This document shows, piece by piece, positions 56,064 through 64,000 of a stretch of 64,000 nt of DNA. The notes beneath the pieces are model-generated. The model worked only from the letters and a program-made list of their open reading frames with translations. It ran no database searches and was not told where the DNA came from. Origin of the DNA: Bacteroidales bacterium (GTDB lineage Bacteria; Bacteroidota; Bacteroidia; Bacteroidales; UBA932). The DNA lies in assembly GCA_017647795.1 (NCBI GenBank), contig JAGCJX010000031.1:1428-65427 (forward strand). Direction: 5' to 3'. The position numbers were made by a program, and so were the translations under genes. The number at the start of each line of letters is the position of its first letter. Positions within the stretch are counted from its first letter, which is position 1.

Positions 56064-56492
56064 TATTGTATCATGGCGGAACAGAAGCGGTAATGCAGCC
56101 GGACTGCGCAAAGGGTCGAAAAAATCTTGACTTTGGTCAAGGTTTCTATGTTACGATGCTTGTGGAGCAAGCAGAAGGATTTGCGAGAAGAAAAGCCAAT
56201 GATCGTCGTGCCGAAGCAATTGTCAGTGTGTATGAGTTTGACTATGAAAAGGCGATCCGGGATTATCGAGTCCTGAAATTTGCTACGTACAACGAAGAGT
56301 GGTTGGATTTTGTGGTCAATAGTCGCCAACGATCGGGTTATTGATACAGTCGAATTATACAACATCGGTTTATTGGACAAGAAAGCAGCTCTTGGAAGGC
56401 TTTCGGAACACCAGCCGAACCATCAAATATGTATTTTGTCGCAAGACCTTTTGAATGAATGTTTAACATTTAAAGAAGCGATTGAGCTATGA
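56060..56492 (+). pseudogene. frameshifted DUF3990-family gene
   Basis: The segment MILYHGGTE...LDFGQGFYVT...NEEWLDFVVNSRQ hits a stop near 56344. The C-terminal part (ANDRVIDTVELYNIG...) continues in another frame to 56492. Confidence 0.7.
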
Positions 56493-56713
56493 GAGACAAA
56501 CCGAACCGTACTGTGCGAAACATCATCCGTTGGCAGCGTATCGGGCGCATCATAGTGATGATCTCGAAGAAATTAAACATTCCTCTCAAGGAAGCAATGG
56601 ACCTCTTTTATAAAAGTGAAACTTGCCGAAGATTCCACTTTGAAGAAACGGGTCTGTATCTTCAGAGCGATCTCTATGTGTTGGATGATTTTCTGATGGA
56701 ACACTCCGCCTGA
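56489..56713 (+). CDS. DUF3791-family protein
   Basis: 74 aa with the segment IGRIIVMISKKLNIPLKEAMDLFYKSETCRRF. It overlaps the preceding stop. Confidence 0.6.
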   Translation: MRDKPNRTVRNIIRWQRIGRIIVMISKKLNIPLKEAMDLFYKSETCRRFHFEETGLYLQSDLYVLDDFLMEHSA

Positions 56714-56775
56714 CGTATCACCAACATCCTTTTTTTACTTTTCTTCGTCCCGTGATTTCTGTAGCTGCAGGTTTC

Positions 56776-57045
56776 GTCATTGCCAGCGGTGTGGGCCGTC
56801 ATTGCCGACTTGATCGGCAATCTCTTTTTTGCAACCCCCCGAGCACTCTCGAAAAATGCAACCGCCTGATGTACAGCCTTCGGAGAATCCACAGCGTGCT
56901 TAGGGGGGGGCCGGCAAATACCCCCCGCGCACGCACCCCGCCCCAGAGGCACCGCTGTCAAGGATAGCCGTACGTAGGGGGTTGCGGGAGATCCCCGGTC
57001 GGGGCCGGTCATGACGCGTTAGGGCCGAGGCGCATCATGACGTGT
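56776..57045. repeat. GC-rich palindromic repeat cluster R2
   Basis: Contains GTCATTGCCAGCGG, GTCATTGCCGACTTGATCGGCAATCTC (an inverted repeat), a G8 run, GAGATCCCCGGTCGGGGCCGGTCATGACG and CATCATGACG. Confidence 0.7.
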
Positions 57046-57095
57046 TTTTTTCAATTTTCTTGTGGCAGTTGGGCTTTGATTTGTACCTTTACAGC

Positions 57096-57509
57096 ATGAG
57101 TAATGAAACTACGATAACAGGACATCCTGCCAAAACCATCGAGGTGGTGGCGGCGGTGATGGTGCGCGACGGGAAGGTGTTCGCGACGCAGCGTGGTTAT
57201 GGGGAGTTCAAAGGCTGGTGGGAATTCCCAGGCGGCAAGATTGAGCCGGGAGAATGCCCGCAGGAGGCCCTCAGACGCGAGATTCATGAGGAGCTGGACG
57301 CCGAGATTGCCGTCGGCGACCTGCTCAAGACGGTGGAATGGGACTACCCTACTTTCCACCTGACGATGCACTGTTATCTGTGCACCTTGACTTCGGATTC
57401 CGTACACCTGAACGAACACGCAGACGCCGCCTGGCTCACCCGCGACAACCTGTATTCGGTCCAATGGCTACCGGCCGATGTCGAAGTACTGGAGGAGATT
57501 GAATTATGA
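57096..57509 (+). CDS. NUDIX hydrolase (MutT-like)
   Basis: Carries the Nudix box GGKIEPGECPQEALRREIHEELD. The internal ATG at 57096 is preferred. Confidence 0.9.
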   Translation: MSNETTITGHPAKTIEVVAAVMVRDGKVFATQRGYGEFKGWWEFPGGKIEPGECPQEALRREIHEELDAEIAVGDLLKTVEWDYPTFHLTMHCYLCTLTSDSVHLNEHADAAWLTRDNLYSVQWLPADVEVLEEIEL

Positions 57510-58396
57510 AACCACTCAGCAAAAATGCCCTCATTGGGTACCCGGCGGGGATCATTACCGGGATTACGTATGGATTGAACCCGTTGTTTGGGATGCCCCT
57601 GATGCAGAAAGGAGCAGCGGTGGAGTCGATTTTGTTCTTCCGTTATGGCATTGCCGTGCTCATCTTGGGCGCCATCCTCGGCCTGGACCGGCAGAGTTTC
57701 AAGATCAATTGGAGGCAGGCCGGTGTGTTGTTGGCCCTGGGTCTGTTGTATACGGCCAGCAGCATTTTCCTGTTTCAGGCTTACCGGTTCATTCCGTCGG
57801 GTCTGGCGACGACGCTCATTTTCCTGTATCCGGTGATTGTGGCCCTGATCATGGTCTTCCTGCGGGTCGTTCCTTCGTGGCAGGTGTGGCTGGCGATTGT
57901 CGCGACGTTTGTAGGGGTGGTCATCATGTCCCAGAGCGATGGTTCACAGACAATTAACCCGATTGGCGTGCTGCTGTCCCTCGGTTCGGCGACGGTCTAT
58001 GCCCTGTTCATCGTCATCATCAACCGGAGCAAGGCCATCAGCACGTTGTCGAACTCCCTGTTGACGTTCTATTCCCTGAGCGTCGGCGCGGTCGTGTTCC
58101 TCGGTTGTATCTTGTTTTCTGACAAGGAGTTGATGACAGGAATTGAGACGAAGCTCGACTGGTTGAACCTCGTGGCACTGGCGATCCTACCCACCATCGT
58201 TTCCACCGCGTCCCTGGCCGTGGCCACCCGCAACATCGGCGCCACCAAAGCCTCGGTTCTCGGTGTGTTTGAACCGATTACGGCCATCCTCGTCGGAACG
58301 TTGGTCTTCGGCGAACTGTTGACCAACAACATCCTCGTCGGCATCCTCATCTCTACCGTCGCAGTGACGTTCATGATCCTCACGACGAAGCGGTAG
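57506..58396 (+). CDS. DMT-superfamily (EamA) transporter
   Basis: 296-aa polytopic protein that overlaps the NUDIX stop. Confidence 0.8.
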   Translation: MKPLSKNALIGYPAGIITGITYGLNPLFGMPLMQKGAAVESILFFRYGIAVLILGAILGLDRQSFKINWRQAGVLLALGLLYTASSIFLFQAYRFIPSGLATTLIFLYPVIVALIMVFLRVVPSWQVWLAIVATFVGVVIMSQSDGSQTINPIGVLLSLGSATVYALFIVIINRSKAISTLSNSLLTFYSLSVGAVVFLGCILFSDKELMTGIETKLDWLNLVALAILPTIVSTASLAVATRNIGATKASVLGVFEPITAILVGTLVFGELLTNNILVGILISTVAVTFMILTTKR

Positions 58397-58441
58397 GTTG
58401 GTGCACACCAGGGCACTAGCAGAACGGGAGTGAGCTCAATA

Positions 58442-58732
58442 CTAGAGTGTTACCTCTATCTTGAGTGTACCACCCAAACCGATTTCGACAATGTCCCGGA
58501 GCGTTTTGATGGTCAAATTACTACCATCATTTTCAATTCGGGAGATAAATTCACGCTTCTTCCCAATGCGTTCAGCCAAGTCCTCTTGCGTCAAATCAAG
58601 TTTTAATCGGCTGTCTCGAATCTGATATCCAATCCGAAGATCTGCCAACTCTTTTTCATAGCGATTTCTTTCTACCGAACCTTCCTTGCCGATGTACTTG
58701 TCCTCTAATTGTGAGAGCGTTTTTGTTGTCAT
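58442..58732 (-). CDS. higA: XRE-family HTH antitoxin (HigA-like)
   Basis: HTH_3 segment LTQEDLAERIGKKREFISRIENDGSNLTIKTL. It overlaps the upstream toxin gene by 4 nt. Confidence 0.8.
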   Translation of the reverse strand: MTTKTLSQLEDKYIGKEGSVERNRYEKELADLRIGYQIRDSRLKLDLTQEDLAERIGKKREFISRIENDGSNLTIKTLRDIVEIGLGGTLKIEVTL

Positions 58733-59079
58733 AAATACTTCTCCTTCTTTTCTTTGTAATATTCATTCATCAATCTTACTGCCTTCTCAATCTCTTTTGC
58801 AGGAGTTTTCTGAGTCTTTTTTTGAAAGCCACTTAATAATATAACTAGCTTACCATCATCAAAGAAACAAAAAACCCTAAAGATGTCGCTTGCAAACATC
58901 ACCCTTATTTCAAATAAGCCATTTGTCCCTTCAATATGCTTCAAATGGTTCTTTGGAACAACTTCAACCTCCTCAATAATTCTCATTATCTGAAGAATTT
59001 TAGCTTGGACTTTTGGTGTCTGCTCATCCAAAAACTCTTCAAAATAATGTTTATACGCAACAACTGTTCTATATTTCAT
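58729..59079 (-). CDS. higB: RelE/ParE-superfamily toxin (HigB / Gp49-like)
   Basis: Carries the motifs GLFEIRVMFASDIFRVFCFFDDGKLVILLSGFQKKTQKTP. The ATG at 59079 is preferred because a TACATTTG box lies just upstream. Confidence 0.8.
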   Translation of the reverse strand: MKYRTVVAYKHYFEEFLDEQTPKVQAKILQIMRIIEEVEVVPKNHLKHIEGTNGLFEIRVMFASDIFRVFCFFDDGKLVILLSGFQKKTQKTPAKEIEKAVRLMNEYYKEKKEKYL

Positions 59080-59179
59080 ATTGCAAATGTAACTTAAAAG
59101 TTCCATTATTCAAGAAATATTTCACACTTTTTTGTCAGCGATGATACCGGTGAGTAGTTTCTTGTAACTGCTGCCCAGC

Positions 59180-59285
59180 GTTGTGTTGCGCAATTGTAGA
59201 CTTGCTGCGTCCCGTCATTACCGGCCCCCGACCGGCAATGACGGGCTGTGGGAATGATCCCCGGTCAAAGCCAGGAATGAGAAGT
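59180..59285. repeat. GC-rich palindromic repeat cluster R3
   Basis: Contains GTCATTACCGGCCCCCGACCGGCAATGAC (a near-perfect palindrome) followed by GATCCCCGGTCAAAGCCAGGAATGAG. Confidence 0.7.
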
Positions 59286-59408
59286 TAAGTTGAATCACCG
59301 AGGTTGCGCATATAAACCCTCGGAAATTTCGGAGAATTCTTGGAATTGTAAGAGGGATGCATTATTTTTGCAACTATCGTTATAACGATACTTTAATTAC
59401 TCTTTGCG

Positions 59409-60074
59409 ATGAAACTTTACCACGGATCTATTTCGGTGATTGAGGCGCCGGTGTTGGGGAAAGGAAATCCCAGGAACGATTATGGGATGGGCCTGTATTG
59501 TACGGAGCACCTCTCATTGGCGAAAGAATGGGCCTGTGCTTCGGGTAGGGACGGGTTTGTGAATGAATACAACCTGCATACAGACGATCTTTCTGTCTTT
59601 GACCTGACACAGGGACACATCCTGAACTGGATGGCCATTCTTCTGGAAAACAGAACCTTTGACCTGTCTGCAGGCGTGGCTTCGGCTGCACGGGAGTATC
59701 TGTTGGCGACGTTTCTTCCCGATTACAAGGGCTTCGACGTTATCCGCGGCTATCGCGCCGATGATTCCTATTTTTCCTTTGCGAAAGACTTTCTCAACAA
59801 CGGTTTGTCCCTGGAGAACCTTTCTGCGGCAATGAAGTTGGGAACGCTCGGAGAACAGGTGGTCCTCAAAAGCGAAAAGGCCTTCAAAGCGTTGGTTTTT
59901 AAGGGATCTACACCCGTTGACAGTCGCATTTATCACCCGCAATGGAGAAACCGGGACCGGCAGGCACGCGAGGAGTACCAGTTCATCAAGAAGACCTCGA
60001 ACCCGCTGGAAGGCACCTACATCCTGGACATCATCCGACAACAATGGAGGAATGACGATGAACGCTTACGATAA
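59409..60074 (+). CDS. DUF3990-family protein (the only intact copy in the window)
   Basis: Sequence MKLYHGSISVIEAPV...NDYGMGLYCTEHLSLAKEWA...FDVIRGYRADDSYF. A TATTTTTG box lies at 59363..59370. Confidence 0.75.
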   Translation: MKLYHGSISVIEAPVLGKGNPRNDYGMGLYCTEHLSLAKEWACASGRDGFVNEYNLHTDDLSVFDLTQGHILNWMAILLENRTFDLSAGVASAAREYLLATFLPDYKGFDVIRGYRADDSYFSFAKDFLNNGLSLENLSAAMKLGTLGEQVVLKSEKAFKALVFKGSTPVDSRIYHPQWRNRDRQAREEYQFIKKTSNPLEGTYILDIIRQQWRNDDERLR

Positions 60075-60693
60075 AATCTACTTGGACGACGCCATGTCAA
60101 ATCTTGGCGTGATGCTGGATTACGGAGCGATGACTTATGGGGATGCGGAAGGCTTTTTCAACCGCTTTCTGGTCAGCGACATCTCCAGAGAGTTCGCTGT
60201 CGGCAACCCCCGCTATGTGGCTGGGTTATCGGGCATTGAACTAGCAGAAAAGGTCATCGAAAAAACCGGCGGAACACCCCGCTATGCCGATTACCGGACA
60301 TTCGGCAGGTCTGCAACCTATTGGGCCGGCTGGTCCCTGGCCTACCTGCAGTGGCACACCGGATATGCGTTTGAAAAACTCCACGAACGAGGCATCGACA
60401 TTCCCTTCCTGCTCGCCCTGTATCCGACCCACCACGAAGCCGATTTGTCAAAACTGGTGGATACGGCTCTCGAGAAATTGGACCCGGCTGGAGCACAGTC
60501 CCCGAATGCACTCAAACGGCAACGGAAAGCTGCCGGCCTCACACAACAGGAACTTGCCCGTCGTTCCGGTGTCAAACTCCGAATGATCCAAGCCTATGAA
60601 CAAAACTACCAGGACATTACCAAAGCCGAAGTCGGCTCCATCCTCCGCCTCGCCCGCACCCTCTCCTGCCACGTCGAGGATTTGATGGAATAA
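60052..60693 (+). CDS. protein with C-terminal XRE-type HTH, partner of DUF3990
   Basis: The C-terminus reads LKRQRKAAGLTQQELARRSGVKLRMIQAYEQNYQDI. The start overlaps the end of the DUF3990 gene. Confidence 0.7.
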   Translation: MTMNAYDKIYLDDAMSNLGVMLDYGAMTYGDAEGFFNRFLVSDISREFAVGNPRYVAGLSGIELAEKVIEKTGGTPRYADYRTFGRSATYWAGWSLAYLQWHTGYAFEKLHERGIDIPFLLALYPTHHEADLSKLVDTALEKLDPAGAQSPNALKRQRKAAGLTQQELARRSGVKLRMIQAYEQNYQDITKAEVGSILRLARTLSCHVEDLME

Positions 60694-60704
60694 TACCTCG
60701 TCAT

Positions 60705-60845
60705 AGCCGGCGAGTGCGGCGTGTTGCGTCATTGCCGATGCGCCCGGTGTCGCCCGTCATTGAGGAGGCGCCCGGTGTGTTGCGTCATTGCCTAGCGCAC
60801 CATTGCGTCACGTCATTGCCGGCCCCGACCGGCAATCTCAGGGAA
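60705..60845. repeat. GC-rich palindromic repeat cluster R4
   Basis: The unit GCGTCATTGCC occurs three times and GCGCCCGGTGT twice. The cluster ends with GTCATTGCCGGCCCCGACCGGCAATCTC. Confidence 0.7.
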
Positions 60846-61301
60846 GAGCGTTAGCGGCCAGCGGGCGGCGAAGCGGCCTTGGCGGGTAGCCATGCGGCGG
60901 GGATCGGGACGAATACCCACGCGCCCCAAATCCAACCGGTCGGCATCAAAGCAAACATCAACCGTCGGAATCCCCGTGCGCTGAAGGGTAGTATGAAAAC
61001 GGCAGGCGGTCTCCAGCAGAACGAACTCCTCTTCCGTCAGATCCGTCAAGATCGTATGGCGTATCTCGTGCAGGAAATCCGCCGCACGCGGCCCGTGCTC
61101 CAAATCCGCCCCGTTATCATAACGACAAAGGTCGTGCAAGTACGCAAAGTACCGCACCACCTTCAGGTTCACATCCTTCCGCACTCGTCCGAACCGCATG
61201 GCCAACCGGATGCCATTCTCCTCCACCCGCCTCCAATGCGACGGCCCATGCACCTCATCCAGCACCCACCGGCTGGCTGCAAATGTGATTAGAGTTTTCA
61301 T
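60813..61301 (-). CDS. HD-domain protein
   Basis: Carries HGPSHWRRV ... AYLHDLCRYDNG (an H...HD pattern) and DADRLDLGR. The C-terminal tail runs into repeat R4. Confidence 0.7.
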   Translation of the reverse strand: MKTLITFAASRWVLDEVHGPSHWRRVEENGIRLAMRFGRVRKDVNLKVVRYFAYLHDLCRYDNGADLEHGPRAADFLHEIRHTILTDLTEEEFVLLETACRFHTTLQRTGIPTVDVCFDADRLDLGRVGIRPDPRRMATRQGRFAARWPLTLFPEIAGRGRQ

Positions 61302-61339
61302 GATTAAGGCAGAAAGTGCCAGTGCATTAATATGACGCT

Positions 61340-63325
61340 CTAATGCCTGCCCAACAATTTTTGAATCCAGGTAATAGAACTTATACGTTTAATTTCCTCT
61401 TTCTGAATATGAGATACCGAATCTAGTTCCTTTATTTTATGCTCTAATTGCTCTATCTTTTGATTTGTTTCTTTGAGTTCTTGTATACTTGACACCAAAG
61501 ATTTATTTAGGTTGAAGATAGCAAGTTCTTTGCTTCTTATTTCTTCATCTTTTGAAGCAATGTCTGCCTCTTTGCTCTTTATCGTTTCCTCAGCACTTCT
61601 TAAAGAACTTTCCATAGCCTTTAGATTGCGTTTAAATGATTCTATCCGTAGTGATAAATCATTTATCTCTTCTACCTGATTCGCTATTGTCTCAGAGAGA
61701 TTATGCTCCTGCTCTGACATCTTAATTTGCATCTCTACACTCTGTTCTTTATACCTCAAAAGTTTATTTGTCCACACAGAAACATAGCGCCTAAAAATTT
61801 CGGTACTAATATCGTTCCTATACTTGATAGCCGATAGGAAATTATCTAACATTTTATCGACCTCTCGAGCGTGAAAGGCTTTTCTTGCTTCAAAATAAAA
61901 GTAATCAGCCTTACTATGCGATAGTTGCTCGGTCAACAATGTTTCCGGAGTCTCATTCTTTGCAAATTCCAGTACTCGTTTATCTGTTTTGACTGACCGA
62001 GGAAGAATTTCTGAAGTTAACACCAAACCATTCATCGAAGTACAACGGCTTAATGCCACATAAACTTGGCCAGATGCAAAAGAACTTCCTATATCAGCAA
62101 TAACTTTCTCGAACGTTAATCCTTGACTCTTATGAACAGTTATGGCCCAAGCTAGACGCAAAGGGTATTGGGTAAATATTCCCACCACTTCTTCTTTGAT
62201 GCACTGTTCTTCTTCATCCCACTTATATACAACATTTCTCCAATCCTCGGGAAAAATCACCAACTCTTGGTGGTCTCCGTGCAGAGTCTCGATTTCTACT
62301 TTGACCTCATCGTCATTAGTTGCCGTTATCTTTCCGATTTTGCCATTATAGTACCGTTTTTCTCTATCATTTTTAACAAACATGACCTGGGCACCAACTT
62401 TAAGATGCAGATCTGTATCAGTGGGACGAATATTTAAAGGGAACTCTCCTTTGATTTCTGCTGAGTATGTCTTTAATGGAGTCTTTAGCTCGTCTAACTT
62501 CGTATTATTTATATCGGAAACACGATGGTTGGTTGTGGCTAGAATTATATAATGATCGTCTTCGCCTGGTTGAAAACGAGGATTTAGTTTCCCCTTCAAC
62601 GTTTCATAATCTGCTGGTAGCATATTATTAACGCGAACACGATTGAGCAGGTCGATAAAATCTCTCTCATTCTGTCTATAAATCTTTTTCAGTTCGATGT
62701 AAAGAGGTTTACACCTTTTAATCACTTTTGCACTAAAAAAGAATTCGCTTTCATAAAAGCGATACAAAAGATCCCTTTCGTCACCTACTACCACCGGTGG
62801 TAATTGGAACGTGTCACCAATTAAGATAACTTGTACCCCCCCGAACGGCAGATTACTCTTTCTAAAAACGCGAAGTAACGTATCAACAACATCTAACAAA
62901 TCAGCCCGAACCATTGAAACCTCGTCAATAATCAACAATTCCAGACCTCTTATAAGTTTTCGTTTCTCATTCTTATACTGAAAATTGTCAAATAGAGTTG
63001 ATTGGTCTACATCATCTATCGGAGCTTGTTCCCTCAGTCTCTTGTCATTGGGGACATAGATAGAGGGAGGTATTTGAAAAAAGGAGTGAATAGTCTGCCC
63101 CCCTGCATTTACAGCAGCAACACCGGTTGGCGCCAACACAGCAATATTCTTTTCTGTAACTCCTCGCAAATATTTTAGAAAAGTTGTTTTACCAGAACCT
63201 GCTTTACCCGTCAAGTATATTGATGTATTAGTATATAGAGCATACTCTAGGGCCATTCTGAACTCCTGATTATCCGGGTCTAATTGGATTCCTTCCACTG
63301 AAAAATTCCTATTTATACTTGCCAT
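61340..63325 (-). CDS. Pif1/RecD-like SF1 helicase with C-terminal coiled-coil extension
   Basis: Walker A GKAGSGKTT, Walker B LIIDEVSM, and the motifs TVHKSQGLTF and YVALSRC. The last roughly 200 aa are heptad-rich (EEINDLSLRIESFKRNLKAMESSLRSAEE...). The gene is AT-rich. Confidence 0.85.
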   Translation of the reverse strand: MASINRNFSVEGIQLDPDNQEFRMALEYALYTNTSIYLTGKAGSGKTTFLKYLRGVTEKNIAVLAPTGVAAVNAGGQTIHSFFQIPPSIYVPNDKRLREQAPIDDVDQSTLFDNFQYKNEKRKLIRGLELLIIDEVSMVRADLLDVVDTLLRVFRKSNLPFGGVQVILIGDTFQLPPVVVGDERDLLYRFYESEFFFSAKVIKRCKPLYIELKKIYRQNERDFIDLLNRVRVNNMLPADYETLKGKLNPRFQPGEDDHYIILATTNHRVSDINNTKLDELKTPLKTYSAEIKGEFPLNIRPTDTDLHLKVGAQVMFVKNDREKRYYNGKIGKITATNDDEVKVEIETLHGDHQELVIFPEDWRNVVYKWDEEEQCIKEEVVGIFTQYPLRLAWAITVHKSQGLTFEKVIADIGSSFASGQVYVALSRCTSMNGLVLTSEILPRSVKTDKRVLEFAKNETPETLLTEQLSHSKADYFYFEARKAFHAREVDKMLDNFLSAIKYRNDISTEIFRRYVSVWTNKLLRYKEQSVEMQIKMSEQEHNLSETIANQVEEINDLSLRIESFKRNLKAMESSLRSAEETIKSKEADIASKDEEIRSKELAIFNLNKSLVSSIQELKETNQKIEQLEHKIKELDSVSHIQKEEIKRISSITWIQKLLGRH

Positions 63326-63417
63326 GTTATAGTCCCCATTTTGAATCTCCTATGCATTGGGTAGGTAAAGTAGATTTCCTGATAAACTTAGACTAAATTT
63401 CTCCCCCCGAAAAGAGG

Positions 63418-63855
63418 TTAGAGTTTTCCAATACATATCAAAGTCTTATAGCATCTTTTGCCTTGGTAAAATGTTGCCAAGACTTTGTTGAATACATCGT
63501 TCGGCGAGATTGCATCAAAGAGGGTCATCGATGAACAAACTTTCTTTGCATCAATTCCGCCCAAAATCTCAACAGCTGTTTTTGTTTTATGCGTTAGCAT
63601 CGCATCGGAGATTTCGCGGAGACGTTTTCCAAGGACCGGATGCTGTAGGTATCGTTCCGCTTCAGAGAGATCCGCAATACCATAAAAGTGTGAATGGCCA
63701 CTACGCCCCAGCCCCCGAAGCTGTGGAAAAATATACCAAATCCAATGGGTTACCTTCTGCCCAGCCAGAACCTCAGCCAAAGCCTGGGAATAATTTCCCT
63801 CCCATGACTGGTCTTGTGCTTCTAAAAATCGGTTAATATCGTTCTCGGAGTTCAT
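63418..63855 (-). CDS. DUF1810-family protein
   Basis: Carries the motifs RFLEAQ, KVTHWIWYIFPQLRGLGRS, HPVLGKRL and SSMTLF. Confidence 0.8.
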   Translation of the reverse strand: MNSENDINRFLEAQDQSWEGNYSQALAEVLAGQKVTHWIWYIFPQLRGLGRSGHSHFYGIADLSEAERYLQHPVLGKRLREISDAMLTHKTKTAVEILGGIDAKKVCSSMTLFDAISPNDVFNKVLATFYQGKRCYKTLICIGKL

Positions 63856-64000
63856 TATATTTTTGTTTTAAAAGCCTATAGCACTTTGACTCCTTAAATG
63901 CGAGGAAGAGCAATAGCGCAGCTACTGCAATGTCCAGAAACAACCAAACGTCTCGGCCAAGAGTCAGTTTAAAGAACGGCTGAAACAGTACCACCACAAT
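63833..64000 (-). CDS. partial ORF (C-terminal end of a hydrophobic protein; the 5' end lies outside the window)
   Basis: Only one minus-strand frame is open from the window edge (IVVVLFQPFFKLTLGRDVWLFLDIAVAALLLFLAF...). No family recognised. Confidence 0.25.
   Translation of the reverse strand: MVVVLFQPFFKLTLGRDVWLFLDIAVAALLLFLAFKESKCYRLLKQKYNELRERY

Noticed and set aside
56674-57012. 112-aa minus-strand ORF across repeat cluster R2, and the Arg-rich ORF at 53861..54118
   Set aside because: Both are generated by translating GC-rich palindromic or direct repeats. The peptide patterns simply mirror the repeat units.
55665-60845. The palindromic repeat clusters as a CRISPR array or as integron attC sites
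   Set aside because: The clusters are kilobases apart, irregular in spacing and heterogeneous in sequence, so they are not a CRISPR array. There are no cas genes and no intI integrase. Cassette genes lie in both orientations, and no R''/R' (GTTRRRY) core sites were seen, so an integron is not supported.

Overview
The window looks like a Bacteroidota (Bacteroidales-like) chromosomal segment. Supporting signs are many TAnnTTTG -7 promoter boxes, lipobox lipoproteins, and DUF5020, DUF4491 and fimbrillin-like families. No rRNA, tRNA, CRISPR array, integrase or intact transposase was seen.

Housekeeping blocks:
- The tail of an ars cluster: CcdA-like protein, thioredoxin-like protein, ArsP-like permease and ArsC.
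- Three TPP-riboswitch-led units: thiE-thi4-thiE/tenI, thiM-thiE/tenA-thiL-thiD, and, unexpectedly, a SAM-dependent methyltransferase.
- A phosphate block: Na/Pi cotransporter, PhoBR-like two-component system, porin and pstSCAB.
- menA-menG, a bile acid:sodium symporter family (BASS) transporter, a split ChrA pair, and a PH-domain/crcB/GNAT unit.

Between these lie visibly AT-richer accessory blocks and an unusual number of gene remnants. The remnants include hsdM, DUF1016, IS1182 and IS3 fragments, plus decayed second copies of a DMT-serpin module, a DUF4491-OMP module and a NUDIX gene.

Most interesting candidates:
1. An orphan PqqD(RRE) / HprK-like P-loop / Ser-His peptidase triad with no cyclase or B2 protease. 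It lies downstream of an 870-aa lipoprotein with a fimbrillin-like N-terminus and a helical C-terminus, and of an unannotated 40-aa acidic ORF.
2. A TPP riboswitch with an intrinsic-terminator platform in front of a methyltransferase. It shares a 56-nt identical core with the thi4-operon riboswitch.
3. Three DUF3990/DUF3791/HTH modules and a HigBA pair, laid out as cassettes between clusters of a GC-rich palindromic repeat and followed by HD, Pif1-like helicase and DUF1810 genes.

Everything was read by eye from the sequence and the ORF track. Family names are recalled from motifs, not from searches, and RNA and repeat coordinates are approximate to a few nucleotides.
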